Origin: Candidatus Aminicenantes bacterium
GTDB lineage: Bacteria > Acidobacteriota > Aminicenantia > Aminicenantales > Saccharicenantaceae
Direction: 5' to 3'
DNA: 64,000 nucleotides
Assembly: GCA_963727095.1 (NCBI GenBank)
Contig: CAVSEQ010000005.1
Span: forward strand, 1,428,280 to 1,492,279
Positions 1 through 8,676 of the stretch are shown here, in pieces. The translations under genes and the position numbers were made by a program. Each line of letters begins with the position of its first letter. Within the stretch, counting starts at the first letter, position 1. The notes beneath the pieces are model-generated. The model was not told the DNA's origin. It did not search any database and was given only the letters and a program-made list of their open reading frames with translations.

Positions 1-186
1 TTCAAGAATTCTAAAGGGGTCAGCTACTTTCTTCATTCCAAGGAAGTCAACCTCAAGGGCGGCCGCAAGCAGATGATCTTCTACTTCGCCCGCGACATTC
101 GGCCCGGTGCTTTGGATGCCGTCCCCGCCGGCTACATGGTTCAGGAGACGACAAAAACCGGGATGCCCATTCTGAAAAAGAAGTAA
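1..186 (+). CDS. 3' end of an upstream CDS (about 61 codons visible, ...GMPILKKK*), function unknown
   Basis: Frame 1 is open from the window edge to TAA at 184-186. It is absent from the ORF track because it has no start codon inside the window. Confidence 0.3.
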   Translation, partial: FKNSKGVSYFLHSKEVNLKGGRKQMIFYFARDIRPGALDAVPAGYMVQETTKTGMPILKKK

Positions 187-288
187 GACACTTTTCAGTT
201 TGGTTAATCGACGGGGAGCCGCCTCCCCGAGCCCTGAGGGGGACCGCCTTTCGGATGATCTCCAAAGGTGGTTCCCCATATTTTCCTT

Positions 289-317
289 TCTCGGTCCTTT
301 GACGGGTCTTTCCCTTC
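289..317 (+). promoter_or_regulatory. sigma70-type promoter (-35 TTGACG, 17-nt spacer, -10 TATACT) for the sugar ABC operon
   Basis: TTGACG at 289-294 and TATACT at 312-317. The start codon at 334 lies only ~10 nt past the predicted TSS, so the mRNA has a short leader or is leaderless. Confidence 0.45.
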
Positions 318-333
318 TGAGTATACTTTGACC

Positions 334-1335
334 GTGAAATTTTCCGCGCTCAAAATAGCGGCTGTCGTTTTGAGTCTGGCCGCGGCCATTACGGCCTGCG
401 GCAAGAAGACGGCCGCCCCCGCCGCGGGCGGCGCCAAGACCTACCAGATTGCCGTGATCCCCAAAGGGACCACCCATGAATTCTGGAAATCCATCCACGC
501 CGGAGCCGTCCAAGCCGGCCGTGAACTTGGAGTCGAGGTCATATGGAAAGGCCCGCAGAAAGAAGATGACCGGGCCCAGCAGATCACCGTGGTCGAAGAT
601 TTCATCAGCCGCGGTGTGGATGGCATCGTCCTGGCCCCGTTGGACGACCGGGCCCTCATGCGCCCGGTCCAGGACGCGGTGCGGGAGAAAATCCCCGTGG
701 TCATCATCGATTCCGGCCTTCAGGGCAGCGACTACATCAGCTATATCGCTACCGACAACTACCAGGGCGGGGTTCTGGCCGCCCGCAGGCTCGGCGGCCT
801 GCTCGGCGGCAGGGGTCGGGTCTTCTGTATCCGCTACCAGGAAGGCTCGGCCAGCACCACCCAGCGGGAGACCGGTTTCCTGGATACCATCAAAAAGGAA
901 TTCCCGGACATCGCGCTCCTCGTCCAGGATCAATATGCGGGCGCGACGACCGAAACGGCGTATCAGCTGGCCGAAAACCTGATCAGCCGGTTTCCCAACG
1001 TGGACGGTGTGTTCACCCCCAACGAATCGAGCACGTTCGGCATGCTCCGGGCCTTGCAGGAGTCCGGGCTGGCGGGCAAGGTGAAGTTCGTCGGATTCGA
1101 CAGCTCGCCCAAGCTCGTTCAGGCTCTCAGAGACGGCGTCCTCAACGGCCTCGTCCTCCAGAATCCGATGAAGATGGGCTACCTCGGCGTCAAGACCATG
1201 ATCGCCCATTTGCGGGGAGATACGGTCGCCAAGGTCATCGACACGGGCGTCACGCTGGTCACGCGCGAAATCATGGACAGCCCGGACATCAAAGAGCTTC
1301 TTACGCCCGATTTTTCTAAGTACCTCGACAAGTGA
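334..1335 (+). CDS. sugar ABC transporter substrate-binding lipoprotein (ribose/monosaccharide-binding, RbsB-like periplasmic binding protein)
   Basis: Lipoprotein signal peptide with lipobox (LAAAITAC). Periplasmic-binding-protein type I fold motifs (IAVIPKG, VDGIVLAPLD). GTG start at 334 chosen so the protein begins with the signal peptide. Confidence 0.8.
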   Translation: MKFSALKIAAVVLSLAAAITACGKKTAAPAAGGAKTYQIAVIPKGTTHEFWKSIHAGAVQAGRELGVEVIWKGPQKEDDRAQQITVVEDFISRGVDGIVLAPLDDRALMRPVQDAVREKIPVVIIDSGLQGSDYISYIATDNYQGGVLAARRLGGLLGGRGRVFCIRYQEGSASTTQRETGFLDTIKKEFPDIALLVQDQYAGATTETAYQLAENLISRFPNVDGVFTPNESSTFGMLRALQESGLAGKVKFVGFDSSPKLVQALRDGVLNGLVLQNPMKMGYLGVKTMIAHLRGDTVAKVIDTGVTLVTREIMDSPDIKELLTPDFSKYLDK

Positions 1336-2849
1336 TGACCGCCCCGAGTCCGACGCCCGTCCTCCGCATGGCGGGTGTCAGTAAGTCCTACGGAGCAACC
1401 CGTGCCCTCGACAACGTCTCGTTCGACCTCGGGCGGGGCGTCGTGCACGCCCTGCTCGGCGAAAACGGCGCCGGCAAGAGCACGATGATGAAAATCCTGA
1501 GCGGGGCGGTCCCGCCCGACGCCGGCCGGATGACGCTGGACGGAACACCGTATGCCCCCGCCGGCCCCCTTGACGGTCTGCGCGGCGGCGTCTCGATGAT
1601 CTACCAGGAGCTCAACCTGGCGCCTCACCTGACGGTCGAGGAAAACATCATGCTCGGCCGGGAGATCCATGCCGGCGGCTGGCTCGACCGGCGCGCGATG
1701 AAGGCAGAAGTTCGCAAGACCCTCGAGTTCCTCGGCCACGCCGATATTTCGGGCGAGGCGCCCGTCGGGAAGCTCAGCGTCGGAGCCAAACAACTGGTCG
1801 AGATCGCGCGCGCCCTGATGAATAAATGCCGGATCCTGGTCATGGACGAGCCGACGAGCTCCCTCTCCCTTGAGGACAGTCTGCGGCTGTTCGAGATCAT
1901 CCGGAAACTCAAAGATCAGGACGTCGGCGTCATCTACATCAGCCATTTTCTCGAAGAGGTCCAGAAGGTCGCCGACTCGTATACCGTTTTGCGGGACGGC
2001 CGCAACGTCGGATCCGGAGCCATGGAGGGGACGAGCCTCGACGACCTCATCCAGCTCATGGTCGGCCAGAAGGTTACCGAGATGTTCCCGCGCGTTCCTC
2101 ACGAGACAAGAGACGTGCTCCTGACCCTCGAGGCGATGAAGGGCGTGAAGATGGCCAAACCGGTCAGCCTGGCGGTCTCAGGGGGCGAAATCCTGGGCGT
2201 CGCCGGGCTCATTGGCGCCGGCCGCACTGAATTGCTTCGGACCATATTCGGGCTCGATGCCATGGAGAGCGGCCGTCTTGTGATCTCCGGCGCGAAAACC
2301 TTGCGAGGGACGCCCTGGGCGCGCATCAAACAGGGCTTCGGCCTTCTCAGCGAGGACCGCCAGGGCGAAGGTCTGGCGCTGGCCCAATCAGTGGCCGACA
2401 ACATCACCCTGAGCGATTTTTCCCCCTACCGGCGGCATGGTTTTCTCAGCGTCGCCCGTCAGAGAAAAGGTGTCGCGGCGTGGATCGACAAGATGAACAT
2501 CAAAGCGCGCGGTCCTCTCCAGAAAGTCGCCGGCCTATCGGGCGGAAACCAGCAAAAAGTCGCGCTGGCCAGACTGTTGCATCAGAAGGCCGAGATCCTC
2601 CTCCTCGACGAGCCGACGCGCGGCGTCGACGTCGTCAGCAAGGCGCAGATCTATCAATGGGTCGGGGAGCTTGCCCGGCAGGGCAAGGCCGTCGTCTTCG
2701 TCAGCTCGTACCTGCCCGAGCTGCTCGGCGTTTGCGACAGGATCGCCGTTTTCCACCGGGGGAGCATTATCGAAACACGACGCGCACAGGAATGGGACGC
2801 CCAGAGTTTGATGGCGGCGGCCACGATGGGCCGGGCCTCCAGCGGATAG
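1335..2849 (+). CDS. sugar ABC transporter ATP-binding protein with two nucleotide-binding domains (RbsA/MglA-like)
   Basis: Two Walker A motifs (GENGAGKST and GLIGAGRTEL) and two LSGG signatures. ATG overlaps the stop codon of the binding-protein gene (tgATG). Confidence 0.9.
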   Translation: MTAPSPTPVLRMAGVSKSYGATRALDNVSFDLGRGVVHALLGENGAGKSTMMKILSGAVPPDAGRMTLDGTPYAPAGPLDGLRGGVSMIYQELNLAPHLTVEENIMLGREIHAGGWLDRRAMKAEVRKTLEFLGHADISGEAPVGKLSVGAKQLVEIARALMNKCRILVMDEPTSSLSLEDSLRLFEIIRKLKDQDVGVIYISHFLEEVQKVADSYTVLRDGRNVGSGAMEGTSLDDLIQLMVGQKVTEMFPRVPHETRDVLLTLEAMKGVKMAKPVSLAVSGGEILGVAGLIGAGRTELLRTIFGLDAMESGRLVISGAKTLRGTPWARIKQGFGLLSEDRQGEGLALAQSVADNITLSDFSPYRRHGFLSVARQRKGVAAWIDKMNIKARGPLQKVAGLSGGNQQKVALARLLHQKAEILLLDEPTRGVDVVSKAQIYQWVGELARQGKAVVFVSSYLPELLGVCDRIAVFHRGSIIETRRAQEWDAQSLMAAATMGRASSG

Positions 2850-2873
2850 ACCGTCGGTCAAAGGAATGTCGGG

Positions 2874-3842
2874 ATGAGCGGACAAAACAAAGGAAATCTC
2901 CAGAAGGCGCTGAACGTTCTCGGTCCCTTCATCGGACTCGTTTTTGTCATCGCGATCTTCGCCTTGATCCCCGAGGTCCAGGACAGGTTCCTGAGGGTCG
3001 GGAACTTTAAAAGCGTGGCCACCCAGTCCGTCATCGTCGCCCTGGGCGCCTTGGGCATGACCCTTATCATCATCAGCGGAGGCATCGATCTCTCCGCCGC
3101 TTCGAACATCGCCCTGGCGAGCGTGATCACGGCCTACGCCATCAACGCCGGCGCCGCGCCCTTGGCCGCCCTCGCCCTGGGCGTTTTGACCGGGGGCCTC
3201 GTCGGAGTTTTCAACGGGACTCTCGTCACGCGATTGCGCCTCGTGCCGTTCATCGTCACGCTGGGGATGATGGGCATCGCCCGCGGCGTGGCCAAATGGA
3301 TTGCCGGGAACCAGAAGATCGATGCGCCGATGTCCTGGGTCAACGAACTGATGGCCAAGAGTCCCAAACTTCCGTGGCTTCTGATGGCGCCCGGGGTTTG
3401 GATCGTGATCCTCTTCGCCGTGGTCATGGCCGTGGTGCTGAAGTATACGGTGTTCGGGAGGCACGTCTTTGCCATCGGCTCCAACGAATCGACGGCCCGG
3501 CTCTGCGGCATCCGCACCGACCGCGCCAAGATCCTCATCTATGGGATTTCGGGGTTGTTCTGCGGCCTGAGCGGGGTCATGGAGTTCTCCCGGCTGACCG
3601 TCGGCGACCCGACCGTGGCCGTGGGACTCGAGCTCGACATCATCGCGGCCGTCGTCATCGGAGGCGGCAGCCTGAGCGGCGGCGAGGGCAGCATCCTGGG
3701 AACGATGATCGGCGTCCTGATCATGTCATTCCTGAGGAACGGCTGCACGATGATGGGCTGGCCGAACTACATCCAGGAGATCATCATCGGCGCCATCATC
3801 GTCGTCGCGGTAACGCTCGACCGTCTCCGCCACAGGGAATAG
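2874..3842 (+). CDS. sugar ABC transporter permease (RbsC/branched-chain-type permease family)
   Basis: Multi-pass hydrophobic protein, 322 aa, placed directly downstream of the ABC ATPase with an AAGGAA ribosome-binding site (RBS). Confidence 0.88.
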   Translation: MSGQNKGNLQKALNVLGPFIGLVFVIAIFALIPEVQDRFLRVGNFKSVATQSVIVALGALGMTLIIISGGIDLSAASNIALASVITAYAINAGAAPLAALALGVLTGGLVGVFNGTLVTRLRLVPFIVTLGMMGIARGVAKWIAGNQKIDAPMSWVNELMAKSPKLPWLLMAPGVWIVILFAVVMAVVLKYTVFGRHVFAIGSNESTARLCGIRTDRAKILIYGISGLFCGLSGVMEFSRLTVGDPTVAVGLELDIIAAVVIGGGSLSGGEGSILGTMIGVLIMSFLRNGCTMMGWPNYIQEIIIGAIIVVAVTLDRLRHRE

Positions 3843-3844
3843 AC

Positions 3845-3929
3845 GGGGTCTGGCGTGCTGGACTCGGGGTCAGGCCTGCTTTTTTCCCAAGGAAAAAAGC
3901 ACGCCAGACCCCAAAAAGCAGGCCTGACC
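3845..3929. terminator. interleaved double palindrome (A B A' B'), a putative operon terminator or structured element
   Basis: A is ggggtctggcgtgct and B is ggggtcaggcctgc, followed by T6. Their exact reverse complements A' and B' follow in the same order. Confidence 0.45.
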
Positions 3930-4070
3930 CCTTCTGGTGCTTCTGCCGGACCGGCCGGCTCGTTGATCTTCGGATTCTGTGGATCTGACTTTCTCCTGCG
4001 GCCCCGCCGCAAAGGTTTTCGCGGCGCCGCTGTCTAATTGTTCTTAAGGATCGAAAGGAGAAGCGCCGAA

Positions 4071-4631
4071 ATGGCTGAAACAGGAAAACGTAACGCGCTT
4101 GTGATTCTCGCTATGGGCCTGCTGGTCGCAGCGCTGTGGCCGGCGATGTCCTCCGGGCAGACCTCTCAGGACAAACCGCAGCCGCAGCAACAGCAGGAAC
4201 GGCCTTGGATGGGAAGGCTGGCCAAGGAACTGAACCTCACCCCCGAGCAGCAGAAAACACTCGAGGACATGAGAAAGGCCAGAATGGAAGAATTCAAGAC
4301 ATCCCGCGACCAGACGATGAAGGTCCGGCAGCAGCTGCGTGAGCTCATGAAGGACCCCAAGGCCAACGAGGCCAAGCTCGACGGGCTCATCGACCAGATG
4401 TCCAAGGCTCGGGCTGACCGGGCCAAGGCCGCATTGAAATCCCGCCTGGAGTGGCAGAAGGTTCTCACTCCCGAGCAACTCGAGAAAATGAAGACCCTGC
4501 GGGCCCGGTTCGAAGGCCGCTTCGGAGGACGCTTTGGGCGGGGTTTCGGATTCGGACATCCCTGGATGCGCCGGTTTATGCGTTTCCATCGGCCGCTATG
4601 GACTATGTTCCATTCCTGGTGGTTGTTCTAA
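4071..4631 (+). CDS. periplasmic LTXXQ-motif protein (Spy/CpxP family chaperone-like)
   Basis: Signal peptide; two LTPEQ motifs in a coiled-coil-like Lys/Glu-rich context; GGAGA RBS 8 nt upstream of ATG 4071. Confidence 0.7.
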   Translation: MAETGKRNALVILAMGLLVAALWPAMSSGQTSQDKPQPQQQQERPWMGRLAKELNLTPEQQKTLEDMRKARMEEFKTSRDQTMKVRQQLRELMKDPKANEAKLDGLIDQMSKARADRAKAALKSRLEWQKVLTPEQLEKMKTLRARFEGRFGGRFGRGFGFGHPWMRRFMRFHRPLWTMFHSWWLF

Positions 4632-4794
4632 ATAACGTCAGTTGGCCCGCTGAGCTGGGATTGCCGTCCGAGGCAGTCTCGGCTCGTTATTTTCCTTTTT
4701 CTCTCCTATTCCCAGAGAACGCGTATGACCTTTTTTCCGCGGATTGTGTCCTTTTATTAGGACGGCGCACGAGTTCCTTCCAGGGGGCCGCACC

Positions 4795-4810
4795 TGGCAC
4801 ATTAGTTGCA
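4795..4810 (+). promoter_or_regulatory. sigma-54 (RpoN) promoter: TGGCAC-N5-TTGCA
   Basis: Exact match to the -24/-12 consensus (GG at 4796-4797, GC at 4808-4809). It sits about 30 nt upstream of the ATG at 4840. Confidence 0.6.
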
Positions 4811-4839
4811 ACTTGAGGATGTCGGAAAGGAGAAAGACA

Positions 4840-7101
4840 ATGAAGAAAGCAATGCTACTGATGGTCGCTTTCCTCGTTTCCCTTCCGCTCGGCCTCGGCG
4901 CCCAGTCCGATACGCCACCGAACGGATATTACGCGCTGAGCTATGCCCGCCTGAGTTTTGTCAACGGTGATGTCTTCGTTCAGAGGACGTCTGACCTCGG
5001 CTACGAAAAAGGCGAGGTCAACTTGGCCCTGATCCAGGGCGATAAGCTCGGGACCGGCAGCGGCCAAGTGGAAGTGAATTTGGGCCGCAAGAACTTTCTT
5101 CGGCTTGGCGACAACTCCAAAGTTGAGTTCGCCGTGCTTCCGAAGGAGGGAGACGACAAGGCCACGATTCATCTCCTCGATGGGACAATCTACCTTAGGG
5201 TGAGCTCCCTGCCTTCCGAAAAGGGTATCGAGGTCGATACTCCCGATGCCTCGTACTACATTCTGGAAGAGGGACTCTACAAGTTCGACGTCCAGGCCGA
5301 GAAGCAAACCGAAGTATCCGTCCATGAGGGCAGCCTCGAGGCCGCCGGCCAGGAAGGTTCTACGGTCGTCCGCCGCGGCGAATCCCTTGTCGCCGCCGAC
5401 GGCAAGCTCGTCGGCAGCCCTGGCTACTATTCGAGCCAAGACGATGACTTCGACCGTTGGAACGATTCGCGAGACGCCCTTCTCGCTCCCAAAACGACGG
5501 CCCGCAACCTGCCCGCTGACCTGGATGAATACGAGAATGATCTCGATCAGAACGGGCATTGGGCTGATCAACAGCCGTACGGCAATGTCTGGGTTCCCAA
5601 CACCTATTCCGATGATTGGCGGCCCTATCTCTACGGCCGCTGGCTTTGGTATCCGGACTGCGGCTGGACCTGGATCTCATCCGAGTCGTGGGGCTGGCCG
5701 GTCTATCATTACGGCCGCTGGCAGTGGGGGATGGGCCTCGGCTGGTACTGGATTCCTCACACCCACTGGGGTCCCGCCTGGGTGCATTGGTGGTGGGATA
5801 ACGATTATATCGGCTGGTGCCCGATGAGCTGGTACAACCGGCCCGGCGTGCTTTTCAATAACGCATTCTATGACCGCTACCACGAAGGCTATTTCCCGCT
5901 TCACAACCGCGCCATGACCGTCATCCGCAGAAACCAACTGCAGGAGCGGGGCGTCGATCGTCACTTCCTTAGGTCTAACGAGCTCGACCACCTTGGCAGA
6001 ATCAATCTTCAAGCCCGACAGCCGTCCATCCGGCCCGTTGTGAACAGAACCGGTCTGCAGTCCATCGAAGCTCAGAAAGTCTTCTCCGGGAAAGGTGCCG
6101 TCGGAAGCGGCAACAGGCCCGTCATCTCCAGGCCTTCCGGCATACGGTCGGACCTGAGGCAGGATGGGGGACGGACCGTGACCAAGGGAGCCATTTCGGC
6201 CCCGGCCCGCGACACCACCGGCAGAGTGTCCAGAGACGCCCAGAACAACTCCTCAAACGTTCGCTCTTCATCGACCGAACGCACGATCCGCACGTATCCT
6301 TCGAACAGGGCCGGTGCCGTGTCTGAGTCGGGCCGCACTTCACAGGGGGCGCCGGCGAGGATCTCCGGCGGCGCCGGATCAAAAGATGGCGCCACGCGTG
6401 TGTATCCCTCGCGCAAAGACAACCCGCCGGCCGTCCGAAGCAACCCGCAGAAAAGCGGCGATGTCCAAAAGAAAAATAGCTCTGAATCCTCGGGGACCAA
6501 GGTGAGGTCCGGGGAAAAAATAAAGAACTACCCTTCGAGTTCAAGGGAGACGGCCTCGGCCTTCAGCCCCCGATCGTCTTCGTTCTCGAATCAGGCCGGG
6601 CCCCAGTCCTCCCGTGCGTTGCGGACGTACCCTTCCAGGGTCCAGGAGAGTTCTTCCTCTGGCCAGGGAATTACCAGGAGCTCCTCGAGCCGATCCCTGA
6701 ACGGGAACTCGAGCCAGAGACAGATTGCGCCGTCGAATTCGAACCGGACACAGACCTATCGGGCGCCCGACCGGAGCTCGGCATACTCTTCTCCGTCGAG
6801 AAATTCTTCATCGTCTTCGAGATCGTCGTACTCGTATCAGGCGCCGAGGTCCAGTTCCTCAACATATTCGAGGTCGAGCGCCCCGCGGTATTCTGCGCCC
6901 AGTCAGTCCCGCAGCTCCTCTTCTTACTCCCCGCGGCCCAGCGGCTCGTCCGGGCGTTCGATGAGCTCCTCTAGGAGCGGCGGCTCATCGTACCATTCAT
7001 CCTCCTCATCGCGTTCCTCCTCCTCTTCGCGGTCGTCTTCGTCCTCATCCCGCTCCTCCTCGTCATCGAGCCGGTCCGGCGGCTCCAAGAAGAAGGGCTG
7101 A
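4840..7101 (+). CDS. secreted protein with three parts: an N-terminal FecR-like domain, a Trp-rich repeat region, and a ~370-aa Ser/Arg-rich low-complexity C-terminal tail
   Basis: Signal peptide (MKKAMLLMVAFLVSLPLGLGAQS) and a GGAGAAAG RBS. One continuous 754-codon frame. The tail ends ...SSSSSRSSSSSSRSGGSKKKG. Confidence 0.7.
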   Translation: MKKAMLLMVAFLVSLPLGLGAQSDTPPNGYYALSYARLSFVNGDVFVQRTSDLGYEKGEVNLALIQGDKLGTGSGQVEVNLGRKNFLRLGDNSKVEFAVLPKEGDDKATIHLLDGTIYLRVSSLPSEKGIEVDTPDASYYILEEGLYKFDVQAEKQTEVSVHEGSLEAAGQEGSTVVRRGESLVAADGKLVGSPGYYSSQDDDFDRWNDSRDALLAPKTTARNLPADLDEYENDLDQNGHWADQQPYGNVWVPNTYSDDWRPYLYGRWLWYPDCGWTWISSESWGWPVYHYGRWQWGMGLGWYWIPHTHWGPAWVHWWWDNDYIGWCPMSWYNRPGVLFNNAFYDRYHEGYFPLHNRAMTVIRRNQLQERGVDRHFLRSNELDHLGRINLQARQPSIRPVVNRTGLQSIEAQKVFSGKGAVGSGNRPVISRPSGIRSDLRQDGGRTVTKGAISAPARDTTGRVSRDAQNNSSNVRSSSTERTIRTYPSNRAGAVSESGRTSQGAPARISGGAGSKDGATRVYPSRKDNPPAVRSNPQKSGDVQKKNSSESSGTKVRSGEKIKNYPSSSRETASAFSPRSSSFSNQAGPQSSRALRTYPSRVQESSSSGQGITRSSSSRSLNGNSSQRQIAPSNSNRTQTYRAPDRSSAYSSPSRNSSSSSRSSYSYQAPRSSSSTYSRSSAPRYSAPSQSRSSSSYSPRPSGSSGRSMSSSRSGGSSYHSSSSSRSSSSSRSSSSSSRSSSSSSRSGGSKKKG

Positions 7102-7121
7102 ACCTCAATCTGGGCCGCGCA

Positions 7122-7160
7122 GGACGGGCCGGAAAGGCCCGTCCTTCCGCCGTTTTCCCC
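7122..7160 (+). terminator. Rho-independent terminator
   Basis: Hairpin ggacgggcc-ggaaa-ggcccgtcc followed by the T-rich run ttccgccgttttccccc. Confidence 0.55.
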
Positions 7161-7171
7161 CGATTTTCCGC

Positions 7172-7200
7172 TTTACTTTTCCCAGGCGCAGTGGTATAAA
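7172..7200 (+). promoter_or_regulatory. sigma70-type promoter (-35 TTTACT, 17-nt spacer, -10 TATAAA)
   Basis: The -10 has the extended form GGTATAAAG, as also seen upstream of nrdD. Confidence 0.35.
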
Positions 7201-7298
7201 GTTAGACTTGCCCAGGGACAGAGGAATTCGGCTCAGGGCATCATCGGTCATCCGGCATGCATGAACGGCTGACTGACTCGACTATGGAGGTAACAGAG

Positions 7299-8036
7299 AT
7301 GGCTTCCGCGAAAAGAATCGGAATTCTTGTCCTTATCTTAGGGGTTCTCGCCGCCACGGCCGGAACGACGGCCTGCCAGAAAAAAGTTGAAAAGGCGGCC
7401 GCACCGGCGCAGGTCCAGGCGCCCACAACGCAGTTTGAAGGCCCCGTTAAAACGGCTTTGGGAAAGTATCTCTACATGCCCGCCGCCCGCGGTTTCGACA
7501 TCGTCGCCCAAGGCTTTGACGCGTCCACCTTGATCGGGAAAAACGTCCGGGTCAAGGGGGAGATGCTGACCGATAAGCCGTCGATTTTCCGGGCGGATTC
7601 CATCGAGGTGAAGGATTCCTCCGGTGCTTATGCGACCGCCTATACGAGGACGCAGAATCTCGCGATGGAGGATTTCGTCGATGTCAAAGCCAGGGAGTCC
7701 TATCCGCCTCTGGCGATCACCGGACCGAACAAGCCAGAAGAATGGGAAGGCAAGGGGAATGTCCGGGTCTATGGAAAGCTCCTTGACACAAAGGTCAAGA
7801 CGGGCGCCACCGAGGCCCCCATCACCTATATCGTGATTTCCGACGACGCGGGCAAGGAAGTCGGCAAGATCATCGTCGACAAAACCTCGGAATTCGCCAA
7901 GTACTACCTTGAGAAACTGAGGCTGTTCGACCAGTTCTGGTTTTACATCAATGTCAAGGACAGCGTCGATAAGAAGATCCGGCCGCGAACCAAAGAACTA
8001 TTCCATGCGGATGTCGTGTTCGCCGGACTCTTCTAG
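7299..8036 (+). CDS. hypothetical lipoprotein
   Basis: Signal peptide with a Cys lipobox-like site (LAATAGTTAC); GGAGG RBS; no recognisable catalytic motifs. Confidence 0.65.
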   Translation: MASAKRIGILVLILGVLAATAGTTACQKKVEKAAAPAQVQAPTTQFEGPVKTALGKYLYMPAARGFDIVAQGFDASTLIGKNVRVKGEMLTDKPSIFRADSIEVKDSSGAYATAYTRTQNLAMEDFVDVKARESYPPLAITGPNKPEEWEGKGNVRVYGKLLDTKVKTGATEAPITYIVISDDAGKEVGKIIVDKTSEFAKYYLEKLRLFDQFWFYINVKDSVDKKIRPRTKELFHADVVFAGLF

Positions 8037-8055
8037 AGCTTGAGAAAGAACATCA

Positions 8056-8092
8056 GGGGACAGTCCCGCGCCGGGGCTGTCCCATTTTTTTT
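8056..8092 (+). terminator. Rho-independent terminator
   Basis: GC hairpin gggacagtccc..gggctgtccc followed by T8. Confidence 0.6.
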
Positions 8093-8170
8093 CCTGTCGG
8101 CGACAGCCCGGGGCGTCGTGAAAGCGGTGGACTCCCGGGGGCTCCGCAGGCAGGACTTGAGGAGGTAAAA

Positions 8171-8599
8171 ATGAGAAGAACCTTCGCTGCCGCCGCCTTC
8201 GCGTTGGCCGTATTATGGAGCTTCGGGCTGGCCCTGCCGCAGCAGAGTTCCCAACCCGCCTCCAAGCCCGACAAAACCAAGATCCTGGGAACCTGGAACC
8301 TGGAGATCAACGCCGGGGAAATGATCGTCAACCTGACCATGATCGTGGAAGAGATTGACGGAAAGCTGGCGGGAAAAGTCAGCGAGCAGAATGGGATGTT
8401 CACGGACGCCGCTCTCGCCAAAATCGAGTTGAGCGGCGAGGACTTCGCGGCGGAAATCTCCGTCCCGAGCCCCCCGGACAACGCCGTCAAGACCTGGGCG
8501 CTGCGGTTCAAGCTGGGCGACGAAACATTGACCGGCACGATCGCCAACGCCGATCTCGGCATGACCGCGGAGATCACCGGAAAGCGGGTAAAAAAGTAG
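8171..8599 (+). CDS. small secreted hypothetical protein (142 aa)
   Basis: Signal peptide; strong GGAGG RBS 7 nt upstream of the ATG. Confidence 0.65.
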   Translation: MRRTFAAAAFALAVLWSFGLALPQQSSQPASKPDKTKILGTWNLEINAGEMIVNLTMIVEEIDGKLAGKVSEQNGMFTDAALAKIELSGEDFAAEISVPSPPDNAVKTWALRFKLGDETLTGTIANADLGMTAEITGKRVKK

Positions 8600-8676
8600 C
8601 GCTTTCCCGTTGACGGCCGCGAGCCGATGCGGCTCCGACCTCGGGCCTGGCGCGTCAGGCGAAAGGACCGACGAAC

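Noticed and set aside
2535-3464. Long antisense or alternate-frame ORFs of 300-650 aa. Other examples: 10764-11615, 11911-13824, 25482-26363, 28106-29656, 30702-32096, 34211-35476, 35573-36940, 37025-37906, 41034-41954, 46793-48070, 48067-49221, 51221-52618, 55624-56592, 63158-63919.
   Set aside because: Each lies opposite to, or frame-shifted within, a gene with clear family motifs. Their translations are Arg/Gly/Pro/Asp-rich without motifs. This is expected from stop-codon depletion in high-GC DNA.
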